DNA of 64,000 bases from Candidatus Sericytochromatia bacterium. GTDB lineage: Bacteria > Cyanobacteriota > Sericytochromatia > S15B-MN24 > UBA4093. Shown piece by piece: positions 26,927-36,094 of the stretch; position 1 is the stretch's first letter, and each line of letters opens with the position of its first letter. Below the pieces are notes generated by a model that saw nothing but the letters and a program-made list of their open reading frames with translations, was not told the origin of the DNA and made no database searches. The stretch is from positions 64,001-128,000 of the forward strand of contig JAKFBU010000076.1 of assembly GCA_036676985.1 (NCBI GenBank), in the 5' to 3' direction. A program made the position numbers and the translations under genes.

Positions 26927-29900
26927 ATGCTCTCCATCCTCTCGACCGCCGCCAGCTACGTCCCCGGGCTCATGGCCCGGCGCTGGCTCCAGGAGCCCGC
27001 GTCCTTCGATCGTCCCGACCACGATCGCATCGAGGCCGCCCTCCTGTTCGCGGACCTCTCGGGCTTCACGATCCTGGCCGAGCGCCAGGCACGGGCAGGA
27101 GCCGCCGGCACCGAGGTCCTCACGCGCATGCTCAACGCGGTCTTCGGGCCGCTCATCGAGACGGTGAGCGCCCATGGCGGCGACGTGGTCAAGTTCGCGG
27201 GCGACGCCCTGCTCGCCGTGTGGCCGGTGGCGGCCGCGGATCCCGCTCGGGCGACCCTGCGCGCGGCTCAGGCGGGCCTCGCCATCCAGCGCTTGCTCCA
27301 GGAGGCGGCCGCGCAGGGCGACGCGCCGCTCTCCCTGCGGGTCGGCATCGGGGCAGGCGAGGTCGAGGCCTACCAGATCGGGGGCCTGAACGGCGAATGG
27401 GAGACCTACCTCGCCGGAGACGTCTTGCTCGCGACGGGCCGCGCCGAACATGCCGCCGCTCCCGGTCAGGTCGTCCTCACGCCTACGGCCTGGGAGCACG
27501 TTCGCGAACAGGCGGTGGGCTCGCCGCTGTCCGAGGGTGGGGTCCTGCTCGAGTCCTTGCTCGACTCTCGTGCGCCCGAAGCGGAGCCACCGGCCGATCT
27601 GCCGCCGGAGGCCGAAAAGGCGCTCTTGAGTCGCGTTCCCCGTGCCGTCCGGGCGCGTCTGGTGGCCGGACAGACCGACTGGCTCGCCGAGCTGCGCCAG
27701 ATCACGGTGGTCTTCGCCAACATCCCCGAGCTGGGGCGCGCTCCGTCCCTGGACCGGGCGCAGGAGGTCATGCGTGCCCTCCAGCACGCCGTCGATCGCT
27801 TCGAGGGCAGCATCAACAAGCTGAGCGTCGACGAGAAGGGCGTCTCCCTGCTCGCGGCCTTCGGCCTCCCGCCGCGTTCTCACGAGGACGACCCCGTGCG
27901 GGCCGTACAGGCGGCCCTTTCGCTGCGCGCGAGGCTCCAGGAGCTAGGCGTCGAGGTCTCCGTCGGCGTGGCGAGCGGCCGGGTCTTCTGCGGCGAGATC
28001 GGCAACGACCGCCGCCGGGAGTACACCGTCATCGGGGACACGGTGAACCTCGCCGCCCGCCTGATGCAGCAGGCACAGGACGACCTCTGGTGCGACGCTT
28101 CGACCTTCGAGGCGACCCAGGACCGCATCCGTTACGAGGTGGTGGCCCCCGTCCAGGCCAAGGGCAAGACGGGATTCTTGAGCGTCTTTCGCCCGCAGGT
28201 CGAGCTCAAGCCGGCCGCCGCTGCGACGTCTGAGCTCATCGGCCGCCATGCGGAGAAGGGGCAGCTGCGCGCGGCCTTGCGGCAGCTCACGGAGTTCGGG
28301 GCGGGCGGCGTGCTCGTCCTGGAGGGCGAGGCGGGCCTCGGCAAGTCGCGGCTTCTGGGCTACGCGGTGGACGAGGCCCGGGCCCTGGGCCTCCGGTGCC
28401 TGCAGGGCTCCGGGGAGGCCATCGAGCGCTCCACGCCCTACCATGCATGGCGCCCCATCTTCCACCAGCTCCTCTCGCCCGACGGCGAAGGCGATCCCGA
28501 CCTGCTGGTGCAGGCCATCGTCAAGGCCCTCGCGGACGAGCCGGAGCTCTTGCGCCTCGCGCCCTTGCTGGGCACGGTCCTGCCCTTGAACCTGCCGGAC
28601 AACGTGGTGACCGAGCAGATGGTCGGCCAGGTGCGGGCGGACAACACCAACGACGTGCTCCTGCGCCTCCTGCGCTCGGCGGCTCCCCTCGTGATCGCCC
28701 TGGAGGACTTCCACTGGCTCGACACGGCGTCGTGGACCCTCCTGCGGACGTTGTGCCTGCGAGGGCTTCCGATTCTCCTGGTGACGACCAGCCGCCCCCT
28801 GAGCGATCCGCAGCTTAGCGAGCTGCGCCAGATCCTGGAATTGCCGGGCGTCCAGCGGATGACCCTCGAGGCCATGCCCATCGCCGAGGCCCTGGAGCTG
28901 GTATGCCGACAGCTGGGGGTCCGGAGCCTGCCCGAGCCCGTGGCGGAGCTCATCCGCACCAAGGCCGAAGGGCACCCCTTCTTCAGCGAGGAGCTCGCCC
29001 TGGCGCTCCGGGACGCGGGCTTCATCCGGATCGAGGGCGGGGAGTGCGTGCTCACGCCCAAGGCGGGAGACCTGAGCGACCTGGACCTGCCCAACACGGT
29101 CGAGGGCCTCATCACCAGCCGCGTGGACCGCCTGCCGCCCTCCCAGCAGCTCTCCTTGAAGGTGGCGAGCGTCATCGGGCGCGTGTTCGCCTACGGCACC
29201 CTGCGCGACATCTACCCCATCGACGCCGACCGCCCGCACCTCATGGCCCACCTGCAGTCCATGGAAGAGCTGGACCTCACGCTCCTGGCGGTGCAGGAGC
29301 CGGACTCCATCTACGTCTTCAAGCACATCATCACCCAGGAGGTCGTCTACAACCTGCTCCTCTTCGCCCAGCGGGAGCAGCTGCACCGCGCGGTGGCCGT
29401 GTGGTACGAGAACGCGCACCAGGGGAACCTCGCCCCCTTCTACCCGCTCCTGGCTCACCACTGGGAGCAGGTCGGCGAGGTCGAGAAGGCCACGGCCTAT
29501 CTCGAGAAGTCCGGGGTGCAGGCGCTGCGGACGGGCGCCTACCGGGAGGCCATCGGCTTCTTCGAGAAGGCGCTCGCCAAGGACTCGTCGGGCGATCGCC
29601 GGCGCCGCGGCTACTGGGAGCACAGCCTCGGGGAGGCCCACCTGGGCCTGGGGCGCCTTGAGGACGCCGCCCGGCACGTGCGCCGGGCCATGGTCCTTCA
29701 GGACGTCCCGGCGCCCGAGGGCAAGCTCGCCATGGGCCTCGAGATCGTCGGGCTGCTGCTCGACGAGGTGCGTCATTACCGGAGCAACGAGTTGCCCATC
29801 CCCGGGTCGGCCGAGCGCGATCGCCTCCTGGAGCAGGCGCGCCTCTACCGCTCGCTCGGCATGGTCCACTACTACGGCAACGACACCCTGGGCTCCATCC

Positions 29901-30973
29901 ACTCCATCCTCAAGTCCAAGAGTCTCGCCTCGAAGGCCGGTCCTTCGGCGGAGCTCGCCGTTGCGACGGGCGGGCTCGCCATCGCAGCAGGCCTGGTGCC
30001 GGCCCATGGCCTGGCCGCGGCCTACGTCGAGAAGGCCCTCCAGGTCGTCGAAGGGGTCGAGGACCTGAACCTCAGGGCCCAGACCCTCATCCGGGCGAGC
30101 CTCAGCCAGGTATCGGTCGGGCGCTGGGAGAACGTGCGCCGCATCGCCGAGGAGGCGGTGTCCATCTGCGAGCGACTGGGCGATCGCCGCCAGTTCGGCG
30201 AGAGCATCGTCCAGCTCGCCCTCGCCTACCGCTACCCGGGCGATTTCCGGGCAGCCCAGGACAAGTACCAGCGCCTTTACGACGCGGCCTCGAGCTTCGG
30301 CAACGACCACCACCGCAGCTGGGCGCTCGACGGTCAGGCCATCATGCGGATCCGCGAGGGCGAGTTCGAGACGGCCGAGCGCCTGCTCGCCGAGGCGGCG
30401 GCCCTCACGGCGAGCAACCCGGACCCCACCGAGCGCACGAACCACCTGAGCCAGGAGGCCCTCCTGCACCTGCGCCGGGGCAAGGTCGCCGAGGCCTGGC
30501 AGGCGGCGAGGGAGGCCGCGGGGATGATCGCCCAGTCCCCGCCGTCGGCGGTCTATGCCATCGACGGCGTGGCCACGGTCGTCGAAGTCTTCCTCAGTCT
30601 GCGGGAGGACCATGGCGTCGAGCTGGCCCTTCCGGCGCGCGAGGTCGAGCGGACGATCCGCCAGTCCCTGCGGGCCCTGCACGCGTTCTCCAAGCCCTTC
30701 CCCATCGCCCAGCCCCGCACCTGGCTCTACCAGGGCTGGTACGAGTGGCTCATGGGCAACCGCTCCAAGGCGGAGCGGGCCTGGCTCAAGGCCCAGGCGG
30801 CGGCCGAGCGTCTCGACATGCGCTTCGAGGCGGGGCTCGTCCAGCTGGAGCGTGCCCGGCAAGGGCTTGCGAGCCAGGCGGACATGGACCGGGGGATCGA
30901 CCTCCTGGAGCGGGTGGGAGCGACCCATGAGGCGCTCAGGTTGCGAGCTCTGAGGGATCGCACCGCCCCCTAG
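26927..30973 (+). CDS. Soluble adenylyl cyclase-like protein: tandem class III cyclase + STAND P-loop + TPR-like region
   Basis: FADLSGFT, VKFAGDA, DEKG, EYTVIGDTVNLAARLM, GEAGLGKS, LEDFHWLD, GHPFF. Confidence 0.9.
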   Translation: MLSILSTAASYVPGLMARRWLQEPASFDRPDHDRIEAALLFADLSGFTILAERQARAGAAGTEVLTRMLNAVFGPLIETVSAHGGDVVKFAGDALLAVWPVAAADPARATLRAAQAGLAIQRLLQEAAAQGDAPLSLRVGIGAGEVEAYQIGGLNGEWETYLAGDVLLATGRAEHAAAPGQVVLTPTAWEHVREQAVGSPLSEGGVLLESLLDSRAPEAEPPADLPPEAEKALLSRVPRAVRARLVAGQTDWLAELRQITVVFANIPELGRAPSLDRAQEVMRALQHAVDRFEGSINKLSVDEKGVSLLAAFGLPPRSHEDDPVRAVQAALSLRARLQELGVEVSVGVASGRVFCGEIGNDRRREYTVIGDTVNLAARLMQQAQDDLWCDASTFEATQDRIRYEVVAPVQAKGKTGFLSVFRPQVELKPAAAATSELIGRHAEKGQLRAALRQLTEFGAGGVLVLEGEAGLGKSRLLGYAVDEARALGLRCLQGSGEAIERSTPYHAWRPIFHQLLSPDGEGDPDLLVQAIVKALADEPELLRLAPLLGTVLPLNLPDNVVTEQMVGQVRADNTNDVLLRLLRSAAPLVIALEDFHWLDTASWTLLRTLCLRGLPILLVTTSRPLSDPQLSELRQILELPGVQRMTLEAMPIAEALELVCRQLGVRSLPEPVAELIRTKAEGHPFFSEELALALRDAGFIRIEGGECVLTPKAGDLSDLDLPNTVEGLITSRVDRLPPSQQLSLKVASVIGRVFAYGTLRDIYPIDADRPHLMAHLQSMEELDLTLLAVQEPDSIYVFKHIITQEVVYNLLLFAQREQLHRAVAVWYENAHQGNLAPFYPLLAHHWEQVGEVEKATAYLEKSGVQALRTGAYREAIGFFEKALAKDSSGDRRRRGYWEHSLGEAHLGLGRLEDAARHVRRAMVLQDVPAPEGKLAMGLEIVGLLLDEVRHYRSNELPIPGSAERDRLLEQARLYRSLGMVHYYGNDTLGSIHSILKSKSLASKAGPSAELAVATGGLAIAAGLVPAHGLAAAYVEKALQVVEGVEDLNLRAQTLIRASLSQVSVGRWENVRRIAEEAVSICERLGDRRQFGESIVQLALAYRYPGDFRAAQDKYQRLYDAASSFGNDHHRSWALDGQAIMRIREGEFETAERLLAEAAALTASNPDPTERTNHLSQEALLHLRRGKVAEAWQAAREAAGMIAQSPPSAVYAIDGVATVVEVFLSLREDHGVELALPAREVERTIRQSLRALHAFSKPFPIAQPRTWLYQGWYEWLMGNRSKAERAWLKAQAAAERLDMRFEAGLVQLERARQGLASQADMDRGIDLLERVGATHEALRLRALRDRTAP

Positions 30974-31054
30974 CGGCCTCTCGCCAGGACCTAGCTGCCG
31001 CCTGTGCGGCGGCCGGACGTGTTAAGATTAACGTTTGCTAGATCCGAGGGACGC

Positions 31055-32032
31055 ATGACCTTTATCGAACTGATTCGCAGCAATCTGATCTCCCCCTTCG
31101 TGCTGGCCTTCATGCTGGGCGGGATCGCCACCGTCGTGAAGAGCGACCTGGAGTTTCCCGAGCAGGTTTACGCCGCCCTGTCGATCTACCTCCTCTTGGC
31201 GATCGGCATGAAGGGCGGCGTGGAGCTCTCCTCCACGCCGCTCTCGGTGATCTGGGCGCCGGCCCTGGCGACCCTGGCGCTGGGCATCTGCATCCCCATC
31301 TGGTGCTACTTCATCCTGCGCAAGTTCGGCAAGTTCGACAACGCCAACGCGGCGGCGATCGCGGCCCACTACGGGTCGGTCTCGGCCGTGACCTTCACGG
31401 CGACCATGACCTTCCTCGATCTGGTGAACGTGCCCTTCGAGGGCTTCATGCCGACGCTGGTGGCCATCCTGGAGGTGCCCGCCATCATCGTGGCCCTGCT
31501 CATCGCGCGCATGAAGGAGGAGGACTCCAAGGCCTCCTGGGGGCCGGTGTTGCACGAGGTGATCACGGGCAAGAGCATTCTCTTGATGGTCGGCGGGGTG
31601 ATCATCGGCTTGCTGGTCGGCCACCAGGGTCTCGAGAGCGTGGCTCCGGTCTTCGTGGATCCCTTCAAGGGCGTGCTGATGCTCTTCCTGTTGGAGCTCG
31701 GCATGGTCACGGGCCACCGGATCCGGGATCTGGGCCGGGCCGGCTGGTTCCTGGTGGGCTTCGGCGTCGTCATGCCCATCCTGCACGGGGTGATCGGGGC
31801 GGTCCTGGGCACGATCGTGGGGCTGTCCATGGGCGGCTCGACGGTGCTCGGCGTCATGGCGGCCAGTGCCTCCTACATCGCGGCGCCCGCGGCCGTGCGC
31901 GTGGCCTTGCCCTCGGCCAATCCGGGGTACTACCTGACGGCGACGCTCGCCATCACCTTCCCGTTCAACCTGGCGCTGGGCATCCCGCTGTACTACTTCG
32001 TGTCGTACTGGGTGCACCAGATTCACTTCTAA
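31055..32032 (+). CDS. sbtA: SbtA-family sodium-dependent bicarbonate transporter
   Basis: KSDLEFP, YLLLAIGMKGG, AHYGSVSAVTF, SASYIAAPAA, TFPFN. Confidence 0.88.
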   Translation: MTFIELIRSNLISPFVLAFMLGGIATVVKSDLEFPEQVYAALSIYLLLAIGMKGGVELSSTPLSVIWAPALATLALGICIPIWCYFILRKFGKFDNANAAAIAAHYGSVSAVTFTATMTFLDLVNVPFEGFMPTLVAILEVPAIIVALLIARMKEEDSKASWGPVLHEVITGKSILLMVGGVIIGLLVGHQGLESVAPVFVDPFKGVLMLFLLELGMVTGHRIRDLGRAGWFLVGFGVVMPILHGVIGAVLGTIVGLSMGGSTVLGVMAASASYIAAPAAVRVALPSANPGYYLTATLAITFPFNLALGIPLYYFVSYWVHQIHF

Positions 32033-32036
32033 GTAA

Positions 32037-32090
32037 TAGGACAGGCCTCTGTGCCTGTCGGCACCGGCAGGCGCGGAGGCCTGCCCCACT
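32037..32090. repeat. GTAG-type REP-like inverted pair
   Basis: TAGGACAGGCCTCTGTGCCTGTC ... GGCAGGCGCGGAGGCCTGCCCCA. Confidence 0.55.
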
Positions 32091-32131
32091 GCGTCTGCTC
32101 GCTGCCTTGCCTGCCACCTGGAGGGCCGACC

Positions 32132-32346
32132 CTGGCCCCCGCCTTCGCGAGGGTGACCCCGCTTTCGCGGGAATGACGGGAGCGCCCACTCACGGGTCGG
32201 ACCAAGCCCCAGTAACCCGTATCGTGGGATAGCCCCATGTCGCGTCAGGTCGGCACTCCCGTCACCCCCGCGAAAGCGGGGGTCCAGAGCAGGGCCTTCC
32301 GAGCGCCAGGGTGGGCGACGCTGGCCCCGCCTGCGCGCGGGTGACA
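32132..32346. repeat. Cluster of CGTCAYYCYCGCGAAxGCGGGxxTCCAG REP-like units
   Basis: Several units in both orientations; same family at 50175, 54828 and 59834. Confidence 0.8.
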
Positions 32347-32358
32347 ACGCCCATCGAC

Positions 32359-33264
32359 TTACCGCGTGGTGGCCTCGCCGGTCGGTGCGAGGATCTCGCC
32401 CGTGTAGTACCGCGCGTCCGCCGAGGCGAGAAAGACGTAGCTCGGCGCGATCTCGGCGGGCTGCGCCGGCCGCTTCCAGACCGAGTTCTGGCCGAACTCC
32501 TTGATGTGCTCGTCCTCGAAGGTCGAGGTGATGAGCGGCGTCCACACGGGGCCGGGCGACACGCAGTTCACGCGGATCCCCTTCTCGGCGAGCTGCTGGG
32601 CCAGGCTCTTGGTGAAGTTGTGGATCCCCGCCTTGGTGGCGGCGTAGTCCACGAGCTGGGGATGGCCGTCGAGGCCGGTCACCGAGCCCGTGTTGAGGAT
32701 GACGGAGCCGGGCTCCATGTGCTCGATGGCCGCCTGGGTCAGCCAGAACATGGCGAACAGGTTGGTCCGGAAGGTCTGCTCGAGCTGCTCGGGGGTGATG
32801 GCGAGGAAGTCGGTCCGGGGCGTCTGCCGTCCGGCGTTGTTGACGAGCAAGTCGAGGCCGCCGAATTCCTCGACGACCTGCCGCACGACCTCCTGGCAGT
32901 GGGCGGGGATGCTCAGGTCGCCCTGGATGGCGAGACCCTGGCGCCCGGCTTCACGGACCCAGCGCAGGGTCTCTTGCGCGTCGTCGTGCTCGTTCAGGTA
33001 GGCGATCGCGACGTCCGCCCCCTCGCGGGCGAAGGCGATGGCGACCGCGCGGCCGATGCCGCTGTCGCCGCCCGTGATGAGCGCCTTCTTGCCCAGGAGC
33101 TTGTCGGCACCGCGGTAGGTCTCCTCGCCGTGGTCGGCCGGGGGACGTAGGTTCCGCTCGTGTCCGGGCCAGGGCTGCTTCTGGGCGGGCTTCTCGCCCT
33201 TGGCACGCGCTTCGGCCAGGGGGTTGGGGTTGACGATGGCTCCCTGCTTGGCTTCTCGATCCAT
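32359..33264 (-). CDS. SDR oxidoreductase (YghA/YhdF-like)
   Basis: TGGDSGIG, NNAG, YAATK, PGPVWTPL. Confidence 0.92.
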   Translation of the reverse strand: MDREAKQGAIVNPNPLAEARAKGEKPAQKQPWPGHERNLRPPADHGEETYRGADKLLGKKALITGGDSGIGRAVAIAFAREGADVAIAYLNEHDDAQETLRWVREAGRQGLAIQGDLSIPAHCQEVVRQVVEEFGGLDLLVNNAGRQTPRTDFLAITPEQLEQTFRTNLFAMFWLTQAAIEHMEPGSVILNTGSVTGLDGHPQLVDYAATKAGIHNFTKSLAQQLAEKGIRVNCVSPGPVWTPLITSTFEDEHIKEFGQNSVWKRPAQPAEIAPSYVFLASADARYYTGEILAPTGEATTR

Positions 33265-33349
33265 GCCCGCACCTCCTCTGCATGTGGCGGGGGACATGGT
33301 AGCCGACGCGCGGTGCAGGGCTTAGCGGCGGGCGGTGCTTTTCTGAGCG

Positions 33350-33492
33350 GAACCGTTCGTTCCTTCGAGAGCCTCAGGACGAACGGGTTGTTGTGGGTGG
33401 TTCGAGCGGCATGCCCCTTGAACTGAGTAGCGATCCCTTGAGGTCAACAACCATCCCGTTCACCTTGAGCCTGGTCGAAAGGCGAACGGTTC
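33350..33492. repeat. Inverted pair of CCGTTC..CCTTCGA..CTCAGGACGAACGG-type palindromic repeats
   Basis: 33350-33387 and 33455-33492 are imperfect reverse complements. Confidence 0.65.
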
Positions 33493-33527
33493 CTCTTGTG
33501 CATGACCACTACGTGGGCTCAGGTGGC

Positions 33528-34265
33528 CTAGACGGGCACCGACACCTTCTCGGAGGCCAGCGCCGCCAGCACCCCGCGGCAGATGGCGAGCGGGATGGTG
33601 TCCGCGATCGCCTGGTGCATGAACTCCGACCCGATCCCCACCACCCGGCAGGAGATGCGCTCCGCCGGATCGTCCGGGATCGCCCGCACCGCGAAGCGGA
33701 ACCGCTGCTCCAGACTGAAGATGAGCTCCCAGGCCGCCGACTTGTTCGTCGACACCGGCGCCGGACGCTCCGCATGCGCAAGCTCCGGCCCCGCGCCCTC
33801 ATGCCCGCAACGCCGGCAGGTCCACGTGTCCGCGTCCCCGAAGGAGACCTCTCCGTCGCACGGCACCCCCGGCTTCCAGCCGAGCACCCGCTCACCCAAC
33901 AGCGCATCCAGGGGGAGGCCCGCCGTGGCCGCGTCGGGACCCGGAACCACCTCGATGGGCCGGTACTGCCGAAACTCCACCGGGCCCTCGAGGAGCGCCT
34001 TCCAGTCGGCGAGCACGCCCTTCATCTCGGGGTCATGGGCCACGCGCTCCTGGTCCTGCCGGTAGGCCTCCTCCGAGGCGTAGGCCACCAGCTCGAAGAA
34101 GAGCCCCGGCTCGTCCATGCTCTCGTAGAGGGCCATGCGGATGCCGCCCGGCCGCTCGTAGACGGGAAAGGCGCCGTGCAGGAAGGCGAGCATCTCGGCC
34201 CGCCGCTCGGGAGCGACACGGTAGACCAGGGTGATGATGGGACCCGTGGGGACGGACGGCTGCAT
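33528..34265 (-). CDS. Fusion of an ABM/NIPSNAP-like barrel and a phage ABA-sandwich-like domain with CxxC
   Basis: GGAGG RBS; C-terminal LDALLGERVLGW..CRRC..STNKSAAWEL..PLAICR. Confidence 0.6.
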   Translation of the reverse strand: MQPSVPTGPIITLVYRVAPERRAEMLAFLHGAFPVYERPGGIRMALYESMDEPGLFFELVAYASEEAYRQDQERVAHDPEMKGVLADWKALLEGPVEFRQYRPIEVVPGPDAATAGLPLDALLGERVLGWKPGVPCDGEVSFGDADTWTCRRCGHEGAGPELAHAERPAPVSTNKSAAWELIFSLEQRFRFAVRAIPDDPAERISCRVVGIGSEFMHQAIADTIPLAICRGVLAALASEKVSVPV

Positions 34266-34276
34266 GACACCTCCTC

Positions 34277-35335
34277 CTAAAGCAACGGAATGGGCTGGGC
34301 CTTCCAGGACTCCCAGACGCCGAGCGCCGCCTTCGAGTCTAGCAGCTGACGGGCGATCTCCGCACCGGACTCGAGGGTCGGCACCATCCCGACGAACCGG
34401 AGCTGGACCGCCGCGTTCAGCAGGACGCGCGACCGGTCGATCCCGGGCTGGCCATGCAGGACGCCCAGCGTCCGTCGGCCCTGCTCGGCCGCCGTGTTCA
34501 CGGGCGTCTCGGCCTCGCGGGAGCAGGAGAGCCCGAGCTCGGCCGGATCCAGCTGGTCGGGCCGCAGATCCTCGGGACCGACGTGCAGGTAGCGCGTCTT
34601 GTGGTCGCAGTCGAACTCGCCCGCACCCTCCGGGCCCTGGATCACCAGGGCGTCCCCGTAGTCGAGGCTCTGGAGCAGCTTGGCCATGGGCTCCATGAGG
34701 TTCCCGTGGTAGACGCCCGTGACGATCCGGGCGCTCTGGCTCAGGTTGAGGTACTTCTCGACGGTGCACAGGAACGTCCGGAAGCCCAACTGCAGCCGGA
34801 TGGGCCGCAGCCCCGCCAGCGGCGGGCACAGGTCGTCCAGGTGCAGGTAGGCGATGCCAAGGGAGTCCAGGCCGCGCTCGGCGAAGCGGGCCACCTGATC
34901 CCGGCGATCGACGCCCGTCAGGGGGACGACGGACATGCCCATCGCCCGCAGGATGTCGAGCGTGGTCACGCCGTACTTGGGAGGCAGGGACTCGCTGCCC
35001 GTGAGGGCGACGGAGACGCCTGCGGCCGAGAGGACCAGGGCCGTGGCGATCGAGGAAGCGAAGGTGCGATCGCGCCCGTCGAAGGGCCCGCCGATCTCCA
35101 ATTGGACCCGGCGGTTGGGCATGAGCCGGCGGCTCGAGCGGCGGAGCACGTCCACGAAGGCCTTCAGCTCGTCGACGGTCTCGCCCTTCATGCGGGCGGC
35201 CATCAAGAAGGCGCCGATCTGGGCACTGGTGGCGCGGTCGTCGACCATCCACTCGACGGCTTTGACCGCCTCCTCGTAGGAGAGGTCCTGCGCCCCGTGC
35301 TTCCCCCGGCCGATCTCCTTGAGAAACGACTGCAT
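34277..35335 (-). CDS. Anthranilate phosphoribosyltransferase-like (YbiB/TrpD2-type) protein
   Basis: KEIGRGKHGAQDL, QIGAFLMAARMKGET, PPKYG, LGFRT. Confidence 0.8.
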   Translation of the reverse strand: MQSFLKEIGRGKHGAQDLSYEEAVKAVEWMVDDRATSAQIGAFLMAARMKGETVDELKAFVDVLRRSSRRLMPNRRVQLEIGGPFDGRDRTFASSIATALVLSAAGVSVALTGSESLPPKYGVTTLDILRAMGMSVVPLTGVDRRDQVARFAERGLDSLGIAYLHLDDLCPPLAGLRPIRLQLGFRTFLCTVEKYLNLSQSARIVTGVYHGNLMEPMAKLLQSLDYGDALVIQGPEGAGEFDCDHKTRYLHVGPEDLRPDQLDPAELGLSCSREAETPVNTAAEQGRRTLGVLHGQPGIDRSRVLLNAAVQLRFVGMVPTLESGAEIARQLLDSKAALGVWESWKAQPIPLL

Positions 35336-35337
35336 GC

Positions 35338-35964
35338 TCAGCGACTCGGCTGCTTATCGAGGCCCTCGACCATGGACTCGACCCGGGCTTCCCACTCGTC
35401 GATCCGGCCCGAGCGGAAGTGTGACATGAACTCGATCCCGAGGAGCGCCTTGAAGACCTTGCCGCGCTCGCTCATGGGCAGGACCCGGGTGCGCTCCCGG
35501 AAGGTGGCGAACCACGCGAGGGCCGTGCCGTAGGCCTCGTCGACGAGCTCGGCGAGGCGATCGCGGACCCAGACGGCGAAGGCCGGGCAGGTGCCGCCGG
35601 AGGAGACGGCGATCTCGAGCTCGCCGCGCCGGAGCACCGCGGGCATGTAGAAGTCGCAGTTGGCGAGGTCGTCGGCGGCGGCCGACAGGATGCCGCGCTC
35701 CTGGGCGACCCGGTAGAGGCGCCGGTTGAGCTCCTTGTCGTCGGTCGCGAAGACGGCGAGCCGGACGCCCGCGAGGTCGTCCTCGGTGGCCGGGCGCCGC
35801 AGGATGACGGCCCCCGGCAGGTCGCCCTCGAAGTGGGGATCGATGAGCGTCACCCGGCCTCCGGCCTCGACCATGCGCCGGGCCTTGGGGAGCCCCACGT
35901 GGCCGCCGCCCACCACGAGGCAGGGCCAGTCCTGGATGGCGAGGTTGACGGTGAACAGGTTCAT
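35338..35964 (-). CDS. Precorrin-2 dehydrogenase (SirC/CysG N-terminal)
   Basis: VVGGGHVG, ATDD, CDFYMPA, IAVSSGG. Confidence 0.88.
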   Translation of the reverse strand: MNLFTVNLAIQDWPCLVVGGGHVGLPKARRMVEAGGRVTLIDPHFEGDLPGAVILRRPATEDDLAGVRLAVFATDDKELNRRLYRVAQERGILSAAADDLANCDFYMPAVLRRGELEIAVSSGGTCPAFAVWVRDRLAELVDEAYGTALAWFATFRERTRVLPMSERGKVFKALLGIEFMSHFRSGRIDEWEARVESMVEGLDKQPSR

Positions 35965-36094
35965 GCACGCTCCGCTTCTGTCGATCCACTCTCGCCTAGC
36001 GTAACCTTCGCGGCCGGGGGGTCGAAACGGGGAAAGTTACTGGATCGAGGGATCCGGTGAGGAGCGCCGGCATGGGGCCGGCGCTCCGTGATCC

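Noticed and set aside
34277-35335. Tryptophan-pathway trpD
   Set aside because: It lacks the GTGGD and KHGN motifs and there are no other trp genes; YbiB/TrpD2-like instead
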